Assembly: GCA_950097015.1 (NCBI GenBank)
Contig: CATNEN010000007.1
Coordinates: forward strand, 6,634,001-6,698,000
DNA: 64,000 bases
Source of the DNA: Macrostomum hystrix
Taxonomy: Eukaryota; Animalia; Platyhelminthes
Direction: 5' to 3'
In this document: positions 25,001 through 36,956 of the stretch, piece by piece
Position numbering within the stretch: position 1 is the first letter of the stretch
How the letters are laid out: every line of letters starts with the position of its first letter
Program-made: the position numbers and the translations under genes
Notes under the pieces: generated by a model
The model's input: only the letters and a program-made list of their open reading frames with translations
What the model was told of the DNA's origin: nothing
The model's database searches: none

Positions 25001-28000
25001 GCCAGATGGCGCAGGTCCGGATGCCGGCTGGCCAGCAGTAGACTAAGGCGCCGATATCTGTCTAGGCCGGTGGCGTCCAGCAGGCGAAATGGCGGCCGAT
25101 TGGCCAGCAGCAGGCGGGCCAGGTGACTGTGCCGCTCAGGGTCGATGCGGCCAGCCAGGGCTAGCAGGTAGCGCACAACAGCTCCAGCTTTCTCAGCAGT
25201 TGCTAGGCTACAGGCTGACAGGGCGCCATTTTGAAGCTCGTGACAGGCCAGATTGTAGTGCTTGGCGCTGGCCGGGTCAGGACCGAGGGCGCGGGAAAGG
25301 GCGCAGCACAATGGACCTGCTGCTTTGAAGGCTTCTAGTTGATGTCAGTTGCAGGGGGGGTGAAATGCATTATATAATTTCATTAGAATGATGATATGAT
25401 TATTCTATGACATAATTTTTGCAGTGATAAACATGTTCATATGTTTTGTAGCAAGGCATTAGTATACTCATGGTGGAATATTGAGCATACAGGATGTGTC
25501 TCAGCAGCTAGTGCTTGAAATTTGAAAATTATCTGTTGTAGCAATCAGCACAGATTTTATGCCTCTGTTATAGCTTATCTGCATAATGTAAAAACTTTTC
25601 TAATTATATTATCCACTGAGGCTAGATTGTTTTACTCTTATATTTTTTGTGATTAGGAAAGCATGGCATAGCTACCAGCAACTTCTTATAACTAGACAAG
25701 ACATTCACACATTCACACCAAAATAATTTATATTATAATATTTTTTGTTTGCTAGACTTGTAATATAGATCTGTAACAGCAAAAAGATGGTTAATATCTT
25801 TTACATTTTGCAGGAAAGTTTCTCATTATGGTATAATTATAGTTTCCTACTTGTAAGTATTTGTTGTAAAAATTGAGACTTGCAGCCATTCTACAAATGA
25901 ATACCACTATAAAAATACACATTTAAATTAAATTAACCAACATTCCTATATATAAAATCTATCAAAATGATTTTTTCGAGACATAGTTGAAGACTAACTA
26001 AATTCTGAGAAATTTCTAACACTTGGCAACCACTTTTTATTTGCACCTGCACATATATCTTTTTCCAGACAAGTCAGGAAAATATAACTTTTTTGTTTGC
26101 TAATGTCATTTACTGAGATCAGAGAACTATTAGCTACTTTTGCTAGACTAAATTAATGACAAACATATTTTTAAATAGGTACAACAAAACTTATGATCTC
26201 AAGAATGGCATGAGATAAAATTAAATAAAAACCAATTAACTTAAGAATAATAAATTTACTTATTGTCTAATTGAATCAAAGTTTGTATACAATACTCAGA
26301 ATTATGTTCTTTTCATTCTTTATAAAACATACGGAGACGAATACTAAGAAGGATTCCAGAGAGAGAAATAGAAAGTATTGCTGTACACTTGAGATCATTG
26401 GTAACGCTCTTCGGAAAGCCTATACTCAGAAATACATACATGCGATAAATTAATCGGCCAGAATAACTAAATATGCTACCTTAGACTAACTAAAGACGAT
26501 ATTCAAGAATAACTAAATACGCTACCAAGAAATTCTTTTGGATATATAGATTACGTTCTCAGAAATTAATTCTAAGAAACATTAACAGTAAAGAATACAA
26601 CAACATTGTGAGAGTAAAAGTTAGAATAATAATTAGCACTAGAACAACTTTGGTGGTATTCAGTAGAATATTAAAATTATATAAAATAACCCTAGGACAA
26701 CTTTGACAGCAGCAGTGAGATTAAATTAGCCCTACAACATAATCATTTGGGCCAACTATTAGAAATGAAAAGAAAGCCATGAGCTAATTTCAATGCTACC
26801 TTAGGGGCATGGAAATGCTACATCCTTAATAAAAAGTTGTGACTTATTGATTAGCATAGCAGGCCATATTCTATATATCTATTTAGAGTTACAATTCTCT
26901 AATGAGTCTAGTAAAGGAAGTTGTACTAATTGTGACATGGTTTTCTTAAACCTCAGTTTAGTATTTGAATTTGTGTTTATATTTTGCATTTAGTTAAGCC
27001 AACCAGGTTTGTTGTTATTGTCTTAAAATATTTTCTAATAACTCTGATTTCTAAGTAATATATAAAAGAATTAAAATGCCTTTCTTTGTGTCAAGATTTT
27101 GTTTATGTGAGTTAGCCTTAGCTAGCTATCTAGTTCCTGTCCATCTCTGATTAAAAATATTCAATGAGTTATTTTGTCCTCTTTGCCACATACCCCTATT
27201 AGCCCCATAGTCCGGATCATGTCGTTTACGCCGGAGATCTCCAGCGTAAATCTGGTTTGGGATCGGAGGCTGGCGTAAGTGCTTGGCGTAAGTATAGGCC
27301 AAAATGTGCCTTGGCGTAAGTGCTTGGCGTAAGTACATGGCATAAATCAAGTGGCATAAATGTTAGCACAAACGAGATCATTCATGATCAAATGTATCAC
27401 TATAGAACATAACACATTTGCGTTAATTATGATGTTAAGGAGCAGCATTAAAACAAAGTTCATTAAAATATTGCAGTTCGTATAAATGAGATAGCAGAAT
27501 ATCTATTGTAGGATAGCAAACGTTTTTTTAGCTTTAAGATGCTTACTTTGATACCTGATTCAGAATTTGCAACTTGTGAGATTTTTAAACAGTTTGCAAC
27601 TTCTTGAGGGCAGCAAGCAAGGAGGCCGATAAAGAGACATGGATTAACAAGAATTGTGAAGGACCTTTTTTGGGTGGCGTAAGTCAGAGGGACCTTTTTT
27701 TGGTTGGCGTAAGTCTGGCGTAAGTGCCAAAAAATGTTGGATTTTTCCTCCGGCGTAAGTCCAGCATGATCTGGACTATGGTATTAGCCTACTAGAATAT
27801 TTAAATTATTACCTATAGGCCCTAGCTAGTACCATCAAAATAAAAAAAGAAAAATAGCTATGTATGACACCAACACAGCTACCTGGCTTTATTTGACTGT
27901 ACTAGTGTCACTTAGCCAATCTACTATATAAATTGTCACATAATGAAAAGTTCCACAATTAATTTAAAGTACAACAAATGCTAAGTTGTATACTTACAAG

Positions 28001-28763
28001 GATAATTACTTTGGTAATTAGTACTTTAGCAACAAGTGATTTGATATAGCGATCTATTTATAAATTGTATTCAATATAAAACAGCTAAATTTTAAGACTG
28101 TATGGTTTTATTTTTAAATCAAACTTTTACGTATTTATCAACTTAAATATTTAATTACCACCAATGAGAGTAGTAGGCCTAAGAAAGTACAAATGTGTAC
28201 TGTGTATATATATATGTACACAAATTATAGCTTTAGTTATGACAGACAGAAGAGAAAACAAAATGCACGAAGCTTTAAGCTGTATTGTGTATAATTGTAA
28301 AATTATTACTAAATAGTAATTATAAAAGTTTTAACTTGGATAACATAACATTTACTATTGTATATAAAAAATAACTAGCTAAAAAAAGTTCACATATTTT
28401 TTCCCTAGCTAATTTCTTGTTAGTACATTAATTAGCTACACTATTAGAAAACAATAAATGCATAAAAATAATTTCACGGATTAATTACTAGGCCTATTAA
28501 CTTAATAAGCTGGATATTCAGGGTAGCTAAGCCTGCTTCTGCTAAAAAGGCAGCCATTTGCTAAATTCATAAATAGACAGTCCTAAGACAACCCAATTTA
28601 ATAGTGCTTTGGAATGACAATATGAGTATGCAGTCATATATCGAAGAAAATTAGACTTGTTACCATTCTCGATGTCCTTGAAGCCTTCATGGTGACAAGT
28701 TTCATCTTGCTTGTTTACATCCTGCAGCCAGTCAGCAACCTTTTCATTCCTTTTAGCTTCCAT
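22057..28763 (-). CDS. rrn3: RNA polymerase I initiation factor RRN3/TIF-IA-like. Exons 25316-24923, 24586-24330, 23674-23128, 22801-22057; first coding exon tentatively 28763-28664.
   Basis: Blocks LACYLLNMLR, IYKDLLTVFD...FFDYLWK...LGDLCARCAFV and LFHACVRAVVRIAVHRHRELL...VLRSSLHPW align in order with remembered RRN3 blocks. Splice phases are consistent. The 28.7-kb exon is supported only by phase match and splice signals. Confidence 0.75.
27205..27781. mobile_element. 577-bp MITE with 8-bp TSD (hAT or P superfamily)
   Basis: TIR CCATAGTCC(G/A)GATCATG...TTACGCCGGAG at both ends; perfect TSD TATTAGCC (27197-27204, 27782-27789); repeated subterminal TGGCGTAAGT. Confidence 0.92.
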
Positions 28764-29194
28764 TAAAGATTTACTGGTAGGAAATAAATTCCAGATTTAT
28801 TTGTGCATAACTTTACTTCACTAAAGAAATACTTAAATATGACAGTACGCTAAACGGAAAACATACGTCTGAACTTAAGCTGCCGTTTGAATTCGGATTC
28901 TAAATAAAAATCTATAACTGTGCTCTATTTGAAAATCTAAGATGTTAGAAGAAAAACAATTAAAATCGGATCGAATATTCTGATTGAATTTACCGTTTAA
29001 TTAATTTGATAAAAATGGTTCAAAAATGTTTAAGAAACAGCCCGAATGGGTCATTTTGTCTTCTTAAGTAGCAAAACAGAAGACGCTGCGAGCAGTGCTG
29101 CCCGTCCGAACGACCCAGTCGTAACATAACTAAATTTTGTACGGCCTCGGCTAACGAGATGCAGCGTGCTGCGGAGGCGCACGCAGAACGACGA

Positions 29195-31837
29195 CTAATC
29201 GCTGCTGATCAGGCATGATGGTGCAAGCGTCTTGGTGTGCGCTGTCCTACCTGCTGACCGCCAACCTGGCAGATAAGACAGACGGCTTCCCGTCGGATGC
29301 AGATGCGTGCCATGTTCTGGAGTTTCCATCAAACCTTCAGCGCCAGCAACGAATTCGCGAGGAGCGGCTCGCCGGCTGTTCCGTATGCTCGGCTGAGGCC
29401 GCGGACGCCGCAATCCAAAACGAGTCGCTACGTCACTACGAGAGGCCGTCTCTGTGCACCCCCGATCGCCATCATTCCGGCTCGCGTTGTCATTTGCATG
29501 CAGGCCGTCCAGAATCGAAAAGAACACAGCAGTTGAGCGCAACTTGAGCCAGTAGCGCGTTTCCTGCCTGGCCGTGAAGCAAAAACTTTCCTACTATCTG
29601 CACTAAGTATCTACATCTACACGCGTCTACAAGGAATCGGTGCATGTCCTTTAAATATCGCGACGTCTGCGTGTACTCTCTCGAAGAACGTCTGTGCATC
29701 CTCCCAGACGATAAATTGGAGTTAGTTCGCTTTCTTGCGTGAAGTTGACACTGTGCACACATTCGAACAAAGCTGTTTATCTGCGTGTCGATTCCTGGCC
29801 ACCAGAAATACTGTCGCGCCAAGCTAATCATGCGCACAACTCCGGGGAGATTTTCATGCAGCAGGTGTAAAATTTCCGTTCGAAAATCACTGGGTGGTAC
29901 AATCCGCAATCCTTTAAACACAATGCTATTCTGTATAATATACTCAAGCTTTCCTCTAGGTGGCCAGGTTCTTCCAGAACCAGTGCTGCCCTTTCTTCAA
30001 TAATGATCGAATACAATGGTCGAGCTATGATAGAAAAATTCTTGCAGAACAGGCCGTAGTGTCGAAGAGTACACAAGGCGCTTTTTAATTGGTCTTCATT
30101 CGCGGGTCCCGCCCGCCCGTCGACGACATCAGCTTTATTATTGTTAGGATTTCTTCTAGCTTTGGAAGCTTGTAGCGATCGGTATCGATTATGCGATTAA
30201 GCGTGACTGAGTTGTCGCCACATAGACGTATTGGTCTTGCTGAGCCTTGCTGCCTTAAAACTGGAACAATTGGCGCAGAAACGGTGGGGTGTTCTTCCAC
30301 TGGATATATAATGCTTACATTTACCAGTCACTTGAGCTCGGTTTCAACCAAATACTTTACATAAAAGTCTTTATAGAGATCTGGCAGGATATCGCATGCC
30401 GTCCTTTCTAGCATCCGAGCGGAGGCGGAAAGTCGCGAAAAATCTCGAATTTGCATTACGCACCACTAGCCTGACAAGAAGATCTTCTGAAATACTTCCG
30501 TCGATGTGCAGTATGTCCAGGCACGATAGGAAATCCATTCCCAGGATTGCCAATAAATCGCTGCCTACATATACACTTTTCCAGTGGCAGATCTTCCATC
30601 GGACAGAGTAATTGTGGCATCCTGAATGACTGAGTATATTTCTTGCTGGAAACCGCAGTACGACTTGAGCGCTTTAGTAATCAGGTTCGACCTTCAGATG
30701 GGAACTATCAGCAACATGCTTGGGCATGATGGTTTAACTTGACTGCCTGTATCTACCAACATCTTAGCACTCGCGTCTCCGATCTTGCATAAAACACTGT
30801 TCCATTCAATGACGATTTCCGATGTCAGTTGTCGCCTAGATTGCTCCCACATGTCCAAGTCTATAAGAATCCTCTGATCGGCACACGTTCTGCTGGGCAT
30901 TAACGGTCTTGGAGCGACGAACTGCTGCCAGGTTTCCAACCTTCCCACACTTTCGGCACTGCGCATCCCGAAATCGACAGTTTGACCTGACGTGTCCTGC
31001 TTTTCCGCCTGTGTGGCAGTGACCAGTTTCACGAGGCTTTGTAGGTCCTTTGCGGTTGTCCAAACAGTGCTGCTGCTTGTGGGCAGACGTCTTCTCTGGT
31101 CTCACCCATCCGGAATGACTCTTCTTCTGCACTGCCGCGACTGTATTCGGCTTGCTTGTTGCCATCCTAATCGACTCAGACAGCAAACCTTCTTGTATCA
31201 CGCTTTACAAAGTGACATCCTCTCTTGAAAGAAGCTTTTGCTTCTTTTGATTTCGCAAGCCAAATATGTACTACTGCGACAGAATTAGTTCGTCTCGGAG
31301 ATCACCAAATCTGCATTTGTTGGCTTGGCGCTTCAGACATTCGATGTATAGGTATAGCAATCGATTCACCCTCCTTTTGCACAATGGAGTGAAGCACGTG
31401 TCTCTCATAGTGAAGCAATGTTTGGGCTTAAAATGTGCGGTCAGCGAACTCTGGCTATCATCGAACGTTACTTCATCCTTCGTGATGTCTTTCGGCTATG
31501 CAAGCTCGTCTATCAGCGTGAAGGCTGCGTCCCCGTAGCCGCAAGAAGTACTGCTCTGGAATGACTGCTTTGCTTCCCTGAAGCCACCAAGTAAAAACTG
31601 CAGTCTTATGAAATACTGCTCAAAATCAGGATAAGAAAGAGGCAATTCTCCAAGTCGAAAATTCAGCGGCAGAGTCATCTGTCCTGCGAACGTAAGGTAG
31701 TCAATACACAACTTCTTCAGTGAATACAATGACTTTTCCTCGTCGCCATGCTACGTTTGAAGAATACGAAGACACTTGGATTTATTTATCCTTAAGGGTA
31801 TTGAAGTTTCTAGCAAACAATTTGAAGTACAGTAACA
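29195..31837 (-). mobile_element. Degraded Gypsy (Mag-like) LTR retrotransposon, internally deleted; 3' LTR not seen
   Basis: Short 5' LTR TGTTAC...GTAGCA (31837-31749) with AATAAA. PBS TGGCGACGAGGA is complementary to tRNA-Ser(GCU). Also present: double zinc knuckle, protease LVDTGS, RT start IRLCGDN, integrase H2C2 region LARQYFWWPGI...CAQCQ. Many stops and frameshifts. Confidence 0.9.
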
Positions 31838-32231
31838 TTTTGCTCCGATGGATATAGCTAGACTACTTTTAGAAGAGAACTAGCACACTAAGCCCCCCTT
31901 GGGGGGCACTACTGTTCAGACAAAAAAATATTGTGCAATGCATAGGGACAAAACACACCTGAAAGCAAACAAAAACGTAAACTCATTTCGTCAGTAATAA
32001 TTTCCCTGATTGCGAATATACGTGATTGCGAATCAAAGAAAATGTGAATTCTCACTAAATACAAAAATAGTCAGTCTCAGCTTGAATACATTCTGAGACA
32101 TCCGGTCTGTACACCAAGAGCCCAATTGGGGTAAAATTACACAAGTAACTTACGTTTGATACAACTCAGCTTAATGCTACTAAGGTACATGTGAATACAA
32201 TCCCCTCATCAGTAAAAAGTAAAAAACCAAT

Positions 32232-32375
32232 GTCCCCCCAGCAGCAGAGAACAAATTCCCTCCAGCAGCACAGAACTAATTCCCCCCCAAAGCAGCAGAG
32301 AACTAATTCCCCCCAGCAGCAGAGAACTAATTCCCCCCCTGCAGCAAAGAATTAATTCCCCCCCAGTAGCAAAGA
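32232..32375. repeat. ~23-25-bp tandem repeat (CCCCCCAGCAGCAGAGAACTAATT)n, ~6 copies
   Basis: Directly visible. Confidence 0.9.
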
Positions 32376-35045
32376 TTCTATCAATTGATTTCTATCAATT
32401 CTGAGCTTAGATATCTATCGATTCTGAGCCTAGATACGAGCGTATCAATCAACTCTGAGCCTAGGTGTGGACTGTGAACATGGCGGCGGTACTGGTTGCA
32501 CAGGCCGATGAACTGGCGGATCTCTTTGACTGACCTCGGCTCCTTCCACTGCTGAATCGCCTCCAGCTTCTCTTTGCTTGGCTGAGCTCCCTCCTTTGAA
32601 TAGCGCGTGCCGAGGAAGGTCACTTCAGGCACCGCGATCTTGCACTTGGAGCCTCTCAGTGTCAGCCCGGCTGCTCTGACTCGCTGAAGTGCCTCTCGCA
32701 GTTGCAGCAAATGCTCCTTCCTGGTCTTAGAGAAGCACAGGCTGTCATCGAAAAACGTGAAGACGAAGTCACAGCCATTGAAAACTTTGGACATGAGCAT
32801 GCAGAACGTGCTTGGGCCACCTGACAGGCCTTGAGGCATTCTCTTAAATTGGTATAGCGGCATCCCTGGTCCAGGGCTAAAGGCTGTCTTCTGTCTGTCT
32901 TCTTCAGCCAGAGGGATCTGGAAGTAGCCTCCATTGAGATCCAGCACTGAGAACACCGTGCTGCCCGCGATTCGATCTCGTGCCTCCTCCATTAGCGGAA
33001 TTCCCTGCGCCGACCGAATCGTCTTCTTGTTGAGCTCTCTGTAGTCGATGGTCAGCCGCAGACTGCCTTCCTTCTTGGTCACGTACACCGGTGGAGCCAC
33101 GTACGGACTCTCGCTCAGTTCGATCACGTCGTTCTCCAGCAGCTCCCGAATCAGTAGCTCCGCCTTCTCCCGGTAGTGCACGGGCATTCGGCGCGGTGGG
33201 ACACGAACTGGCACCTCATCAGCGAGAACAATTCGATGCTGCTGGAGATGCGTAAGTCCCGGCTTCTTCTTGAACACGTCCTTGAACTCCATCAGCAGTC
33301 GCTGAACTTCGGGATCATCGGTGGTTGGCAGCTCGAAATCCACGCAGCTGAACTCGGGCACGAGAGCATCCTCGATGTCAACTGGGTCGTCCGTCTCACT
33401 CTGGAACCTTGCACTGCAGATACGACCAGGAGCTGCAGGGTTGGCCTTGAAGTTCAGCTGCAAACGGTGCTTGCCGATGAAGTCGACACCGACGATGACA
33501 GTACAAATCAAATCGGACACCACGTAGAACAAATGCAGCGCTGTCACTTTCCTGACTGTGAGCGTCAACTCGATCTGCCACTCGATGCTGATTGGCTGCT
33601 TGTTCACCGAGTGCAGCTGCACTCCGGCTGAAGTTGCGCGGCTGAGCTGCGATTTCGTCAGAATGCTGGAGTCGACCAGTGAGCACTGGCTGCCGGTGTC
33701 TAAAAGCTCCTTCACACTTCTGCCATCAAGCTTGCACTCACACTGCGAAAGTCGGTCGGACGCTGCATCCACTGAAGACCCCGCCGACAGCGAGCGCTGG
33801 CCCCGGAGCCGGCGCTGGTGAACCCGCAGTTACTGCTGGCCGAGGTGGTGGGCCCGCCCACCCCAGCCTCTGGCGTTTCCCGACTGCTGCCGCCGGCTGT
33901 ATCAGTCCTTGGCGATGTGGCCGGTTTTGTGGTAGTTGTAGCAGACGATATCAGATCTCGGTCGGTGTGCCCTTGCTGTACTGCTGCTTCTCACTCCACA
34001 GGCTACCAGCTGCTCCAGCTGGGTGCTCAATGTGCTCACCGAGACCTGCAGACTCTGCACTGTCTCTGCACTGTGTCCCGCAGCTCCTGAACTTCGCTGG
34101 ACTGGCTCTGCCGAGGCTGTACCGCAGCTGCTTGCGTTGCTGCTGGATTGTGCTGCATCAGTAGCTGAGCCTTTTCAAGCGCTTGCACTGAGGTCTTGAT
34201 GTTGGTGTCTGCTCGAATCTGCCAGCCCACGGAGTCTGGCAGGCCACAGATGAACTGATGAAACAGCAGGGCTTCTCGAGCATCCACATCGACCACAGCA
34301 GAGCTCTGCAGCAGTTTCTTCAGCTCGTAAAGGTACATGCGTGGAGTCTCACTTGCCAAAATTCTCCTCGCCTTGAACGCTTCCATGACGGCGAAGTGCT
34401 CTCGGTCCGGGTGGAACGCATTCTCCATTTTCCACAAACGCTTTCTCAGCCATTGTGGAAACCACGCTCTGCTACCACTTGTGTACTAAGGCAGAGAGAC
34501 TGCGACTTAGTGTTGACGAAGTTTTACTGCGATTTATTTGTTGACTCACGAGTTAAATAGCAATCAGTGCCAAGGTGTAAAAGTGAGAGAGAAAGGCATG
34601 CACGCGGTTGATGTACATTAGACACCCTGAGAAGTGAGCGCATATGTACATTGCCACACACTACATAGGTATCTATCAATACTGAATTTAAATATCTATC
34701 GATTCTGAGCCTAGATATCTATCAATTCTGAGTTTAAAGATCTATCGATTCTGAGCCTAGATTTCTATCGATCCTGAGCATAGACATCTATCAATGTTGA
34801 GCCTAGATAACTATCAATGCTGAGCCTTGATAACTATTAATGCTGAGCTTAGATATCTAAAAAAATGTTGAGCCTAAAAATGTATCGATTCTGACCCTAG
34901 GAATCTATAAAATCTGAGCCTTGATATTATTCAATTCTGAGCTTAGATATCTATCGATTCTGAGCCTAGATATCTATCCCTTCTGAGCCTAGATATCTAT
35001 CCCTTCTGAGCCTAGATTTCTATCGATTCTGAGCCTTGATTTGTA
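32375..35045. repeat. 23-bp minisatellite (CTGAGCCTAGATATCTATCGATT)n, interrupted by the Gypsy at 32466-34665
   Basis: Units at 32375-32465 and 34666-35045. Confidence 0.92.
32466..34665 (-). mobile_element. Gypsy LTR retrotransposon, 5' half (LTR, gag, protease, RT)
   Basis: LTR TGTAGT...TACACA (34665-34480); PBS TGGTAGCAGAG (initiator tRNA-Met); degenerate knuckle CYNYHKTGHIAKD*; protease LLDTGS; RT LRLTIDYRELN...FFDDSLCFS; flanked by TAGG(T) duplication. Confidence 0.93.
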
Positions 35046-35692
35046 TTAAAGCGGTCTTATTGTGTCATTTTTGTGCCTGGAAAACGGTTCAAATTCCTGG
35101 AATTCGGTGCTTCGCTTGGCTAGGAAAAAATAGTTACTTGCTGCCAAGAAAGGCCGATCACTTGCATCAATTCAGTTCTCAGCTGTAGCCTTTTGGAGAA
35201 GCTGTGAATATGCTATATTGGTTGAATAAAACTCAATGAAATGAAAAATGAAAAAAGAAAAGAAAAATATATCTCAGTGCCGAACAGATAACAGAAGCCA
35301 GCTCAGCCTGTGCACATTGGGCAGTAATTATCTCGCCAGTGGGGTTGACACGTACAGCCATGCACATTTGGGTGAGAAATTTCTTATCAGTACGCTCGCC
35401 TAACAAAACTGGCTCTGATGCAATCATTAAAATTGGCACTGGAGCCTCACTGTGCACAAGCAGAAAACAAGAATGCATTAGAAAAGCCTATTTGAAACAG
35501 TTTTTCGAATATTTAATTCCCTTGAAAATGTAATTTAGGTTAACAAAAATTAGCCCGTGTACCGATTCGGGCCCATTTGACATATTTTGGCGAAGGAATT
35601 GTGTAAATCGGTTGAGCCGTTCGGGAGAAAATCAATTTCTCGTATAGAAATATAGTTTTGAATTTTAGTATATTGGATTTTAGTATATTGGA

Positions 35693-36008
35693 CTAGCAAG
35701 TTTTGCCCCCCTTCGGGGAGCAGAAATATTTTTAATTCGTCCAGTACATAAATTTTAGCAGCTGTATTTTCAGCTTTTTTAAAGCTACAATGATCCCCCA
35801 GTTGACAATGATCCCCCAGTTGACAATGATCCCCCAGTTTACCATGATCCCCCATTTGATGATGACTCCCCATTGATGATGATCCCCAGTTGACAATGTT
35901 CCCCAGTTTAATTTTTTTATTAGCTGCTTTTGTAGAAAATCGAGATGAACAAGAATTAAATGAATATTAGGCAAAAATTTTTATCATTCAAATATATATA
36001 ATTATGAC
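35693..36008 (-). mobile_element. Helitron B, 3'-terminal fragment with a short 18-bp array, fused head-to-tail to Helitron A
   Basis: 3' hairpin GCTCCCC-GAA-GGGGGGC plus AAAACTTG-CTAG directly abuts the TC start of element A. Near-identical to 36864-36990. Confidence 0.8.
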
Positions 36009-36770
36009 TGTTATGTTAGAAGTCAAGGCGAGTGTGTGCGAGCTACGAAACGCTTAAAGCCAGCGATGGGCAGAGAGCCGATATATATATTATTGTTTAG
36101 TCAAGTGCAGTGTGCAATGTACATTGTACGAGCGTACGCGTCAATGGGGGACTGGGGGGCAGGTGCACTGAGAGAGAAAGAGAAAGACTGTACGTCGGCT
36201 AGCCAGCATCGATCATTACACAACACCTCCTTACATTGAAAAGTATGAATATAATAGCACGAAAATAGTAGAACGAATATAGTAGCACGAATGGAGTCGC
36301 ACGAAAACAGTTGAATGGGGGAAAAACATAGAAATATTTTACGATCAAATAGAACAATACAATATTAATGTTGAAAAATATCATTTTAGACCGCTTTTTA
36401 AATCGCACGCTTGAGCAGCAAAGACAACACATCAACTTCTGCCTTACCTCCTTTCATCAAAATATAGAAACTTAAAAAGAGCTTTCAGTTAATTTAAATT
36501 CAGTCAACAGTCAGCTTTCACTCAAAAGTTCACCACGAGGCCTGGTACCTCTGCGGCTGATGGACAAGCCGACCTCGCTTGGTCCAGAACCCAGAGTCGT
36601 CCGAGCCTGAGCACGGTTGCACAGATGCCGGCTGCTCAGCTGGCAGCACTCGCTCTGCAGGCTGCTCTGTCGCGGGTTGCACGGCCGGTTGCACGGCCGG
36701 TTGCACGGCCGGTTGCACGGGTGCCTGCTGGTCTTCCGCCTCCGACAGATTGACACCCGCTGGGACTCAA
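36009..36770 (-). mobile_element. 3' end of an LTR retrotransposon (integrase tail, PPT, 3' LTR 36225-36009)
   Basis: WTKRGRLVHQPQRY resembles the TRSGRxVxxPxRY tail of Gypsy integrases. Purine tract TAAGGAGG abuts TGTTGTG...ATAACA. A 12-bp QPAV repeat is present. Confidence 0.7.
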
Positions 36771-36956
36771 CTCCGAAATTTTGCAGACTGTTGGGTTCGA
36801 TTTCGGACCGAAATTCACACGAAATGTAATTTCGAACCGATTTTGAACCGTTTTAGAGCCGAACTAGCAAGTTATGCCCCCCTTCGGGGAGCAGAAATAT
36901 TTTTAATTCGTCTAGTATATACTTCTTAGCAGCTGAATTTACGGCTTTTTAAAGCT

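Larger units (their letters stand above)
31880..35692 (-). mobile_element. Non-autonomous Helitron A (contains two tandem-repeat arrays and a nested Gypsy)
   Basis: Minus-strand 5' end TCCAATATACTAAAA (duplicated). 3' end has hairpin GCCCCCC-AA-GGGGGGC, then TTAGTGTG-CTAG|T. Region 35330-35640 is homologous to 43440-43700. Confidence 0.8.
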
